The position numbers and the translations under genes were made by a program. From contig CDLV01000013.1 of the NCBI GenBank assembly GCA_001244265.2, forward strand, positions 930,001 through 994,000: a DNA stretch of 64,000 nt, written 5' to 3'. How positions within the stretch are numbered: position 1 is the stretch's first letter; each line of letters begins with the position of its first letter. The notes under the pieces are model-generated. The model did not search any database and was not told where the DNA came from. It saw only the letters and a list, made by a program, of their open reading frames with translations. Below are positions 28,314 through 40,300 of the stretch, piece by piece. This DNA comes from Microbotryum violaceum. Its lineage: Eukaryota.

Positions 28314-31300
28314 GAGAGGAGGCCAAGTCGTGTAAGTGCGGCGTGAAGTTGGTTTCGAGCTTTGAAGAGGTAATGTCGCAGGCGGTCTGCAAAGCCCGAC
28401 GCGCAGTGGCTTGCACGCGGTCAGTGTCGGTCAGAGGTGGCCGGCCGTGCGTGCCGGCTGGGAGGGTTGGTATACCAGAGGTACCGTTGCTGGGAGCCTG
28501 TAAGGTCCGGTCTCGATACTAGGTCCAGAATGGGTGGAATTGGCAAAAGCGTTGCGAGGTTACGCGGAGTGCAGGTTGTGGAAAGAGACAAAGAAAGGGA
28601 GCACGGCCGGCGAGACATAGAGCGCGTCGATCACTCATGCACATGCGTGGTGATCACTCATGGCAGCGGAGGGAGGTGGCGCGCCGCAGGCCGCGCGCTT
28701 GTGCGCCAACTGCAGCTCGCTCGGATCCCGGCCTGACTCGTTGAAGCAGGTCAGCCCCTGTCTTGAGCGATTTTGGGGCAGCGGTTCTTAATATAGTAAT
28801 GTGTGCCATCCAAATTGAATGGAGACTGTGGCGAAGCGGTAGGCCGAGCTTCGTGGCAAGTGGGGACCACGCGAGCTTGTTCTTTTGCAAGGCTTCGTTG
28901 ATGCGACGCGATCTTTGTCTCTAGCACCCAGAAAGAGGACACACTGTCGATCTTATACAAACAAACCCAACATTTTGCAAAGGTGCAGTGTTTGGTCTTG
29001 AGAGTATGGGTGAGTTCGCGCTGGCAACAATTCCCACTGGCATTCAGTTGCAGTCCAAGGCGTTCAACCGTCGCAGGGCCAACAGTCCGTCTAGTAGAGG
29101 CTTCAGAGGGGAAAATGCTAGGAGTAGTCAGCTTGCAGTATATACACAACTTGATGACTCTCGCGATCCTCACGGCCTCGAGTACCCATTTACCTGCTCT
29201 GCGCGAATCGCAATGTTCGTTCTTGCTGTTCTTCCCATGTAGCCTGCTGCTCACGATTGCGTTCTCTCCCCTATCATGTGCTTGTCCTTAATGTGGCCAG
29301 GGAAGGGGATACGAAGAAGGTCGAGGTCAGAGGATAGTCACGTGATCGGACGGGCGAGGGAAAGTGCGAGTTGCGAGCGGTGTAGTGCCAATATCAACAA
29401 GTGGACGGGGAATGTAACAAAAAGAAAGAACGCTATACAGACTCGTCATCGATCTCGATTGCATCGACCAACCTCGCCATCACCTCTTCCTGATCCTTCC
29501 CTACTACCGGAACCTCGGGCTTCCGACCACCTCTTCTCCGTCCACCTCCCAATCACCGCGACGACGGGGGGAGCCGCGGAGCCACGATCGAGCTCGAGTC
29601 TAGCTTACATTCCGTCATATTCGAAATAAGTGCACAGGATCTGGCTACAGATGGCGGCACACTGCGTGATAGTATAGCTGTGGTAGTGTTCTTTTTGGCT
29701 CTGCGCGTTGGGAGAGGAACTCGTGTCAGCCTGAGATTCATAGGGAAGACAGGTTCCAGTCGCTTTGTGGCAAGCGCGGCGGTGGCTGTGGAGCTCAGGA
29801 GGCGGGATCGTCTGCGCCGAGCAGAACGGTTTTTTTGCCGCTTGCAAAATCGCGACGACTCACCAAAGACCACCATGGCAATCGACATGATCAAAGAGGC
29901 GGTACGGTTGAGAAGCAACCACTTGAGAGGCACCTGCTGCAGCTGTGATGGCTGCCAAAAGGTGGTACTTCATCGCACAAACGGATGCGAAGGCTCAACT
30001 TCTCGGTGGACACTGAAGCGCCGAGATTTGGAGATGGGGGCAGGGGGGGGGCAGGGGAAGTCAAGCAGATGGAGACGAGTGCGCTGGACACAACAGTAAT
30101 GGAATGACCGAGCGAATTTGAAGAGCGAAAGAAAAACGCCAAGATGGTGGGAGGGGGAGGGAGAAAGTCTCGACAGAAGTAAGCCTGAAGCTGAAATTTG
30201 TGCGCGAACGGGGTCTGTAGTGCCACCCTTGCGGGTCTCGCCGTCTGTCCAGTCCACTTCGTTTAGTTGGAAGGCGACGTTCCGAGCAAATGAGGAGCAA
30301 GTATTCATTCCGCTGCCGTCGCAGCGGTAACATGCCTTCACCTTCCTGAATCGACCCCACGACACGAGATGAAGCCGGTCCAGCGTCGAGTCCCTCTTGC
30401 TTGGCGTGGCCTCTCAGTTGCTTGCAGATTGAAAAAATCCCAACTTTCAGCATGTGCCGGCCCCCCTTGCCTCCACTAGAGGGGCTAGCAGGAAAGGTCC
30501 AGCGTCTTGATGTTACTACCCAGAGTCAGTGCAAGGCCGACTGAGAGCGTGGCGGGTTGGCGGGTCCGATGGGCAATCGAGGAGCGAGCGCGTCCCAGCG
30601 CCCTGCCAGCCTAATAAGGGGGTCGAAGCTCGGAGTGCGTCCCTAAAAGTGCTAAAAGTGCCCTCGGACCGTTCGGTGCGCTCTCGACGAATTTTGCGAT
30701 TGGTCCAGAAGCTCCGTGGAGTTAGAGGATTGGCTGGGACTTTGCCCACGGATTCGCCCGGATTTGGCATCGCTCGACGGAGCCACCTGAATTTAGGTTT
30801 TGTTTTATCTTTTTCACACTTGCATTGGAAAATTGGATGCTCCTCTTCTCACTCTGAACATCGTCGGACCCTGCGCACGGGAGTCTTCAGAGTCAGAAGC
30901 CGGAGCAGGGGTTCAGGTGCCCGCGCTCGCCATACGTCCGAGCTTATCACATCATGGTGCAGATGAATTCTGAGAGTGAGAGACCCGAGCGAGCCACCCG
31001 CGTCGTCACGTAAACAGCACCATGGTCGGCGGAGCCCGGCCGGGGCGGCCAAACTTTATGCAAGCACTAAGTGAGGCGTTCCCACTCCCGAGTCTCAGGG
31101 TCTCGGCTGGGTGCCAAGGTCGGCACGCACACATTCCTCGATCCCGGCAATCTGGGCCCAGTCGGAGGAGGTGCTTACGGCCTGCGTCAGAGAGCCCCAA
31201 AGTCTCCGGCGTGGCACAAGCTGTCCTTCCTGTTTGGGAAGTTGCGCGCGGGCACCATGGTGATTCACGCGACCTCCCGCGCCCAAATCAGATCGACATG

Positions 31301-32136
31301 CGCCACGCTTAATTGAAAGCTGCGGTGATGTCAAATTGCAGTAGTCTCACTGTCTCACACTACTACCTAAATTCTCGATCTGCCGGGGAAGCACTTGCCG
31401 GCAGGAGAGGAGAAGCGTCTACTGCTCGCAGAAGGCTGGTCCATTAGGAACTGTCGGGTACCTACAAAGTACCACCTGCCTTGACGCCTAGCTATGGAGC
31501 AAAATGTTGCTCCGTTAAGAACCTATCAAAGTCGCTATTTTGGTCCTTAATTGGGCTACGAGATGATGATTAATTGAATGGGCTGTAGCAGCGAGTCACA
31601 AATACAAAGGCATCTCCCGGTGGCAGTGGTTTGAAAGAAGGGTCACAAACAAGTGCTACCGAACTCGACTCGACTCGGCTTGACATGAGTGCTGAAGGAG
31701 CGGTGTACATGTGGCAGTAGCGGCGAGGGAGCTTCGGAAAATCGATGATCGACCTGATTCGGGCTCCGAGCATGTCTCACTATCGCACTCGCTGTAACAT
31801 TGGAGCGAGCGCAGAACTATATGATCTCTGTGTGAGCTAGGCAGGGGTTTCACTATCTAGATACTAATAAGTAGGTCATTGCGACGTGTTCGCGATAGGT
31901 GTCGCGAGCTACTTGGAGGCTAGTGCGCGACAGGCGTTGTGCGCATTCGAAGTGAAGCTCGCGAGACAAAACTGACACGGCTCAGACAGGTCCAGGCGCG
32001 GGACCGGGCAAGGCCTGGCGCGCCCCCTTTCGAGAGTGGGCACCGACTCAGGGCCGTCGCGCTGCCTTCCTCTCGTACTCACCATCCTCTCCCACCAGCT
32101 GGTCACCCATCCCCGGTCTCCCGTTGTGCCGTCGCC

Positions 32137-33954
32137 ATGTCCGTTTTACCCGTCTCGCCTCGAACCCAACAACGATCGTTTGCCTCGTCGAATTCGACTT
32201 CGACCGTCTTAGCTTCCTCTTCCTCTTCCTCGTCGTCGGACTCGTCCGACGAGCAGATCGACAATGTCACTTTTCCGCGTCCGCGGTCACCTCAATCGCG
32301 CCGCAATCATGTCAGCACGATGCTCAAGCTCGTCGCGGCTAGCAAGTGGATCCAGTCGTCGTACTCGCACACCTCCAAGGACCTCGATTTTGGGTGCGCT
32401 GGTGATTGGACCGAGCACGGTCCCGAGGATTTGGTGAGTGCTCTCGCCTTCGGCTTGGTGTCGCCGAGTGGTCGATTGCTCTTCGGTGGCCAGTGGCCGA
32501 GTTCTTTCTTACCAGGGGGCCGCCTATCGCCGGACTCGGTGAGGGCCCGCGCGATGTCGCTACGCCCCATGCATCGCCATGATTTTTTCGAACAATTTTC
32601 TTCTCTGTGATGTACACCAGACGTTCCCGACTGTCTCCTCTTTCACACTCGATCCCCTGCTGCTCTCGCGTTCTGCGCTGGCGCGTAAGGTTGCGAAGCG
32701 TGGGATCTGGCCCCATCGACTCTGAGCACCTCTTTACCAGCGCCCAGCGCGGAGACCGCTGGGGGCCCCCGTCGCCGAGACAGGTGTCTTGGACCTGGCG
32801 CGAGCGGACTCGCGGCTGCACAAAATAATGAAACACCTCGCTTCGCGAGGGCTCGTGTAATGCTTGCTGCATGGACCAGACGGGTGTGGCACTCACACTA
32901 AAATGACGCGACCCGATCGAGGTTGAATCAGGTCGAGCCAGTCACATGGATCGTCGAATTTTGGCTGACCCACTTGGCTGTATTCTCGTCTGCGCGGGAA
33001 CAGGGCGACCGATACTACTCGAGCATCCCAGGGGCCGCCTGCAAGCGCGCCTCGACGTCGTCGTCGATACTCGTGCCGTCCTTGACGCATTCCCGAACCC
33101 ATTCAGCGTCGTCAGATTTTTCTAACGTCTCCACCACCGATTCCTCGCTCCCGCCCTCTCCGACACAGCGGTCTTGTACCTCGTCGCCAGTTGCGCCGTA
33201 CACCTCGCGCGTCCCCCTGACCCCTCGCTCCGCCCATCGCCAACGCCAGTTCGACGAAAATGTCGCAATCGACGCCGTCAACGACTACTTTGTTCGTGTA
33301 CGACTGAGTCAGATCCGAGAAACGGTCGACGACATCTCCAATTCTCCCGCTGCCTCCGCTCGTGGCTCGGTCTCTGCGCTCACCGTTCGAGCCGCACAGT
33401 CTTCCGACCTACTCGAGGGCCTCGGCATCCGGCCGGACGATCCCACCGAGTATCTGGCAACAACAGAAGCCACAATTTCCAAGTCGGAGGCACCCAAGCT
33501 CGAATTTGGGAAGGTTTTGCGGGGTTCGGAGGGCAGCTTCGACTTCGACTTTCAACTCGAGTTTGCCCACCTCGCGCCCGAGTTCTCCACATATGCCGCC
33601 TTTCACGATGCACCTTTCCTCTTTGATGACAGCGGGTCCTTGCCACCTATCTCTTCTTCGGGCGATTCGACCGCTCAGGTGTCGACACCACCCGCAAGAT
33701 CGCCCGGTAGCGAGATCGACTTGACGCTCGAAGGCGAACTCGACGAACTTTCAGAATACTTCGCCAGCACGGTCCAATTTCTGGCTTGCGACTCGTTCTC
33801 CGCCCCGAGCCCTCATTCGCTTGCAACATCTCGCACCAATTTGAGGCATGTCGCTTCGACGCGTCGTCGACCTTCGTCGGTTCTTTTCCAAGCTACAGGT
33901 GCTCGGTCGGTACCGACCAGTCCTCGGACGAGGGTCGACTACGCTTGGATCTGA
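32137..33954 (+). CDS. Hypothetical serine-rich protein, spliced
   Basis: MSVLPVSP..DFGCAGDWTEHGPEDL followed by a GTGAGT donor near 32433; long downstream ORF 32923-33954. Internal exons unresolved. Confidence 0.55.
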
Positions 33955-34453
33955 TCGGTCCGACCGGACAAAAATCTCGCATATGACACAATCGCAGGGC
34001 TGCAGTACCGAAGTAATTAGATGACCGCAACGCAACTCATACACCAAATAATGTAAAAAATACATGCAATAGTCTTCAACTCTGAACAGTGTCGAGAGAC
34101 GGGGTTCTTGAAAGCGCCGAACGTGCAGCATACGTCGTGCCCACCCGCTGAAGACTCATTTTGAAATTAATCTATGTGTCGGAGGCACTACTTGGGCTCC
34201 TCCCCGGGAGCGTGTATCATTGACTTTCGGGCCCACATCATCGTTGCATCATTCAGGGTGCACTGATGTGTACCAAATTGAGCTATCGTGGAAGAATCCT
34301 AACAGCCGAAGAACAAGCCAGTAGGCGAGCCCTAGTAGAAGCTCGTTGAGCGTGTAGCTCACACGCCTCCCAGGGTCACTCTTCTTAGCCCTTGGTCCTC
34401 AAAGAGGGGTAGGCCGCTGTCCATACGCTGTCTCAGATTCTTAAAGCTTGTGG

Positions 34454-34628
34454 TGTAATGGATGCCTTACAGAACAGCCCCATAAATAGCCTCTGAGTAG
34501 CTAGAACTGTCGAGTTCTAGTTACGACTTGCTTTTAGCCTAGCGGTCAAGAACGACAGATTGTAGTTTATGCTTTGAGGCGCATACCTTACAGGTAATGG
34601 GGCTGTTCCTGTAAGGCATCCCTTTACA
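34454..34628 (+). mobile_element. Solo-LTR-like / MITE-like element, TGTAA...TTACA, 5-bp TSD TGTGG
   Basis: TGTGG at 34449-34453 and 34629-34633; ~30-bp terminal inverted repeat (ggatgccttacag[g]aacagccccat); homologous inverted copy at 52413-52542. Confidence 0.8.
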
Positions 34629-35423
34629 TGTGGAAGGCTCCGGTCGCGATATCAACGACGGCTATGTTAGGTACAGCCCGCGGGCGACGGCTGACATCAC
34701 GCTCCCCACAACATCAACATTACTTCTCGCTTCCTTGTGCGTTGCACTGGCCGGCGACGTCAGTTCGTGATCGAGGCTGCACTTGGGCGAGCGGTACCTG
34801 GTAAGTGATCGATCAAGGAGATACGGCGGACGCGCGCGGGCGAAATGAGAATGGCTCTTGCGACGGTGCCCATGTCTCAGAGATGCCAGAGCTGCCGACG
34901 TCGCTCCCCTGAAAAGCGTCTCTTGAATCAGGGTGGTGGTGACTCGTGTGAGCACGTGAGTAGTGGTGGTGGTAGTGGTGATCTCGTGTCCCACTAGTTG
35001 CTACTCAGCTGAGCAAGACCATAGGATTATCGTCGAGCAGGTTGTCACAGGCTGCACTGGCCCGCCACAGTCGGCGGTCACGTCTCGCGCCTCAGGAACT
35101 ACCAACCAAAGATAGGTGCCTCTAGCCATCCCGCTGTTCGGTCTACTGAACCCTGACGGCTGCAACCTCTCTACCTTCCATCCCGGCTCGAAATTACTAG
35201 ATGGGGCGCCGCCAGTTTATCGGCAGCGCTACGTACCGCACGACGCCGCCCTTCGAGTATCGACCGTGCACAGCTTAGTAAGGTACACCTTTCCGCGAAT
35301 GCACAAGATGATTTCGACAGAGAAACAAAAGCCCTCGAGACGCAGAGACACCCCACGCCGACTGCTGGGAATGGCTCTCGCTAAAAGCGATTGCGTGCGT
35401 CAGGATCGTATCCTGGAGCGTGA

Positions 35424-36918
35424 CTAAAGCTGGTTCCTTTTCCGTGCGGTCCTCTGGTACGGTCGGAGAACCCACTCGACATCGGCTTCGACCTGTTCGA
35501 TCGTCCCTTGTCGGATCTCGTACGCTGTGTTTCCACATGAACAAGAAAAGCTCGCATCAAAACATGGGCCCGTGACCGCCGGTGGGACTTTCGCAGCTCA
35601 CTCACGTCTCATCTCGAACCGAGGGCCAACTTCAGCAAGTTGCACTTCCTTGTGCGACGTCTTGACAAAGACGTGGTGGCGGAAAGAGATAAAGTCACCC
35701 TCGTTGACAAAGGTCATTGTGCGTTTCGAATCCTCTCTGGCGGGCGGTCAGGCAGAAGACAGGGGCTCGATTAGTATCCGGTCGCAAAGGAGGAGAAGCT
35801 GCGGGCCTCGACTCGTGCCTCGACCCACTTTGGAACAGGGAAGCAAAACTTTAGTGCATCTTGCACTCGCTTGCCCAATTTGGACCCGAACCCCTCGAAA
35901 ATCAAACTGCGCAGCCAGCGGTGCTCGCGCGGGATCAGCCTTCTGTTTCTCGGCGTGCGGGGTTCACAGTACAGAGCAAGCGTCCTGCTCACTGAGGGTA
36001 CTGTTCGCTGATAGTGGTTCCCTGTACACCCTGCAGACTGTGTCGTAGCACGACGCCGCTGAGGGTAAAGAGCACCGTCGGTCCGTGAGGGAAATGGGAG
36101 AGCATGAGTGCATCCGGCACGCCTCGATGTTCGTGGAGTACGATGAGGTCGGTGATGCCGTTGGTGCGACATGCGTCGGCGAGTTCCTTCATGACGTAGT
36201 TACCACGGTTGATTCGTGTCGAGTTGGGGAAGCAGAGTCGCATTTCCTGCAGCAGACAAGTTGAGATCAAAGCGTGGGTGGTCGTGACGAAAGGGCCGGT
36301 CGTTAGCGACGCAAGCCGGCAAAGTGGTGTGAGCAAGTAAGCGCACGACGCACCTTGGCAAATTGAGCAAGTTTTGAAGAAGGATCCCGCGAGGTGGTGA
36401 TGAGCACTCGCGGATCTTCGAACCCGGCTTGAGAGTATTCGTCGTCGATGTGCGTCATCGGCGCTGTTGAGGAGTTGCCAGGAAAGGGGTGAGGGTTCGA
36501 TGTCAGTCGAAGTTCTACACGTATCATTCGTCTCTAGATACAGCCCACGGTGCCCCCGATTCGACCTCACCCTCTTGCCTTGCATCCATCTTGGCCTCAC
36601 GGTCGCCGACGCCATGCCCCCGCGGGACCTGCTTCCCCTTGGCCAAGAGGTCCTTGACGCGCTGTTTGCGCTCCCAGATCTGCTGCTCCTTTTGTTCAAG
36701 CGACTTGGTGTAGAGGAACTCGCGGCGCTGTCGAGCTTGTCTTCGCAGCTACGTGCGATGTTGCGTAGTACGAGTGCCATGTTCGACGACGAGCCGCCCA
36801 ACAGTTGCGAAGCGATGCAAGAGTGCGCGGCACGGGGAACGGGGTTGTAAGGAGGGTCTTGGCGTGTCAGCTCGGCTTGATCGGGATTGATGCTGGTTTG
36901 GAAGTGATGGCTTACCAT
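35424..36918 (-). CDS. IMP4: U3 snoRNP Brix-domain protein Imp4
   Basis: ATG-only first exon, then [62 protein letters not shown]; ends [17 protein letters not shown]. Confidence 0.95.
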
Positions 36919-37301
36919 GATGGGCGGACGACGGGGCGGAGGGGCGTGTGTACGTCCACGCAGGCGAATGAGCCGAGGAGTGTCGGCAGCTGCCAAGTCC
37001 GGACCTCGGCGAGAAGTCAATCGTAGCCTTTCGCAGCAAGGACGAATGGGCGGGGCCGCCTTAGGCCGCCTTCCCACCAACGAGCTCGCACGGACCGCCG
37101 CCTGGCCGCAGCTCGTTCTCGTTCTTGAGCTCGAGCTAGCTGCCCACCTCTTCCACCATCTCTCCGCACTCGCTACGCTCAAATTGACCACGCAGAAATT
37201 GGCCTATTCCCAAAGAGACCGGACGCTTTAAGGCTGCAATCTCGTGCTTGGTTCCTTCAAAGTCCCCAGCTCATCGTGCCGGCAAGGTCACCCGCGACGC
37301 C

Positions 37302-38878
37302 ATGTCCTCGTTCCGCAGGCGCACGGCGATGGCTCCGATCGCCGGCACCCGTCCCTCCCCTTACAACGCCTCGCAGCGGCTACTCTCGACCGGACTGGTC
37401 TCGCTCGACGACCTGATCGGAGGGGGTCTTCCCCTGTCGACCGCATGGCTCGTCACGGGCGATGACCACGCGTCGTCGTACGCTTCGCTCGTGCTGAGGT
37501 TCTGGCTGTCCCAAGCCGTCGAGTGCGCCCACGACTGCCTCGTTGTCGGCCCAGGCGACCAAGTGCATGCGATAATCGAAAACCTCATGGACATTGACGC
37601 GAGGTCAGATGCGCCCGCCGCTCAAGACGAGGGGCACGACCCGAACGAGACACCATCGTCGACCACCGTCGCGACGGATCAAAGTGGGGGGGATGGCCAG
37701 AGCGAGGCCCAGGCTCAAGCCAACGTCGACGACGAGGACGAGGACAAGATGAAGATCGCGTTCAGGTACCAAGGCATGAAGAAGCACAAGACGACCGTCG
37801 ACGAGCCCTGTAAATCGCGTCACCGCAGGCACGGTAGTATTCCTTGGGACCGCTCGGCTGACCCAATTTGAGGACCCCTGTCTGATCCCACCACTCCAGC
37901 GGCCAAATCCTCGCAAGACGACGTGTACTGCTCGCTATTTGACCTCACAACGAAGCGCAACATCACCCACACTGAGCGAGAAAGAATCGAGGTGCTCGAT
38001 GTGGACCGTCTGCCGATTCCGGAGAGCACCTCTCTTCCGAACGATCTGTGCGATCTCGTCTTTGACGCGATCGAGGCCAAATTAACTCGAGGAGGCTTTC
38101 TGTGCGTCCGCTTCACTCTGGTAGCGCCTTGCCATCCATCTCCTATCTGACTCATGCCTATACCTTCCGTCCATTCGGAAGATTCGACGAGGACGTGCCC
38201 TCCTCTCGGCCATCGACGGCACTCCGGATTGCTCTGTCCAACTTTGGCGGGCCGGCTTGGGGCCCTTCATCGCCCACAGTGAGCCGTTGCCTCCCCGCTT
38301 GCGCCCAAACTCGTTGCTCGACAGAAGAATCGCCTGACCTCTGTCATTTCTCCCTCGTTTCCCAGTCCATGTATCGCTTCCTCGCTCGCCTCCGGCCGCT
38401 GCTCCGTCGCTCCACAGCTTCGGTCTGCCTGACCTTTCCTTGCTACCTGCATTCACTGCAAATCACGACCCGGCTGGCGCATGCGACCGACCTCCATCTC
38501 GCCCTGACCTCCTTCTCCACCTCGGCAACCTCTCTCGCCCAATTCCCTCGCCACCAAGGCCTGCTGGCTTTTCCCAAATTACCTACCGTCGGGGCTTTGG
38601 TCCCGAGCTCCATGAAGCTGTCCGTACTCCGAGGTCTAGGCGGAGGCGGGGAAGGTAATGACCTAGGCTTCAGGATTAAGAGGAGGAGGTTCATTGTCGA
38701 GACCGTCGGGGCGGATGAACCCGTCAGCTTCGGACCGGCACCGACGACGCCGGTTGTCGCCGCTGTGTCACCGGAAGCCGTGGAGGACAAGGGCGCTACG
38801 AAGTCCAAGACGAAATCGTACAAGCAGGTCTCGGTCTCCCGGTTAATTCACGAAAAGCCGGAGCTTTACGAGTTTTAA
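37302..38878 (+). CDS. ELP4: Elongator complex subunit 4
   Basis: GTRPSP..LSTGLVSLDDLIGGGLPL, KMKIAFRY, FDLT, NDLGFRIKRRRFIVE are Elp4 motifs. Confidence 0.9.
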
Positions 38879-38984
38879 AGGCACACGACTAGTTCTAGAA
38901 GCACGTGACTCGATATGGTATTGTAGAGGGCTCTAGCATGTTACTACGACTATGAAGATGACGCGACCTCTGAGAGGAGTATGT

Positions 38985-40255
38985 TTAGTCCAGCGTTTCG
39001 ACGAGACCTGTACCCTCCCAGAGCTTCTTGACGGCGCCCCAGTATTTTTCTGGCCCCCTCCTCGCATGACTGACATGTTCGGTGCCTTCGAATCTCAGCA
39101 TCGTCACCTTGGCGCCTTGTTGGCGCGCCCATTGTGCATTTGCTTCCACGTCCTGAGCGGGGATTAGCATGTCCGTGGCCGAGTAGAGGTAGAGGCGGGG
39201 GACAAGAGGGATTTGCGTCGCAACGTATGTTCCCACTTGCTCCAGGATGGAAGGTTTGAACCGAAGTCTGCCTCGAAAGAAAATTCGTTCAAGAGAGAGA
39301 GAGAGGGTGAGAGCCGCTCGAGTCCACTCTCGGCCCGATCTTGAGCCTCGCAAATGCAGCTTCAAGAAACTTACGCATTGAAGATCCTAATCATACCGAA
39401 TACCAGAGCTACGAGGACCATCGCCGGTGCCTTGAACAGCCAATTGTTCAACGGCGCCGTGAAGGCCGAGACCATCGTCTTTAATCCCCCATTCCCGGGG
39501 CAACTGTCAAAAATAATCGCTCGGGCCGGGATTCCGTTGACCTCCGAATTTTCGGAGTACTCGGCCCGGCCGTGCGGATCGTCCTGGGAGATGCGGGACA
39601 GGGACGAGCGTAACATCATTTCGTTGATCATCTTGAGGTTGAGGCAACCACCGTTGGAAAAAGTATGGACGAGCAGGCCGGAGGACGGTCCCGCCGCGGG
39701 CACGGCTGAGCCCGAGTCGCCGAGACGTGCTCGGAGGAATTCGACGGCGGGGCTCAGGGCGCGCCGTTGGGTTTCGGCCCGGGAATAGAAGGATGTCTGC
39801 GAGCTCCGAACGAGCAGAATCGTCGACGACGGATACTGCACAGGCGGTAAGTCACAAGACAGAAGGTCGTCGCGTCCATCAGTTCGGACTGTGGGCAGGA
39901 GGAATCGCCAGCTGAGGCCGGGCGGAGGCAGAAGACGCTATGCGCGCGGCCACAGGTTGCTGAGGGAAGGACTGACCACGCGATGGTATCCTTCAACGTA
40001 TTTGGAGAGATGCTTCATTTGGGCGTCCATCCATCCAAACATGAGCTGTCGCCGATCTCGAAGGAAAAAAGGGGGGGTGGGGTGAGGTCGTTGCACCAGG
40101 TCGTAGTACGCCTCCTCGCAAGGAGTACGTCACGGGCAGGGGTTTCGACTGACCACGATATGTGGTGCCTCATAGCTGCTTTTGCGTGTCGCAGGTCGGA
40201 CTGGCTCGGCAAAGTAGATACTGTTGGTCAACCTTGTGAGCTGCTTTGATGCCAT
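38985..40255 (-). CDS. TMEM53 / DUF829 alpha/beta-hydrolase-like protein
   Basis: GWTPK..KYVEGY, LVHTFSNGG, IFDSCPG, PRLYLYSATD, FEGTEHVSH..P.KYW. Confidence 0.88.
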
Positions 40256-40300
40256 GTCCCTTCCCGGTGTATGCGGCGGACGCCACAAAGGAAAATGGGT

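Noticed and set aside
31562-31696. ATGATGA..CTGA as a C/D snoRNA
   Set aside because: No terminal stem or recognisable rRNA-complementary guide; boxes of this length occur by chance.
35989-37191. 400-aa minus-strand ORF as a single protein
   Set aside because: Read-through of IMP4 introns and off-frame exons; the spliced IMP4 model explains it.
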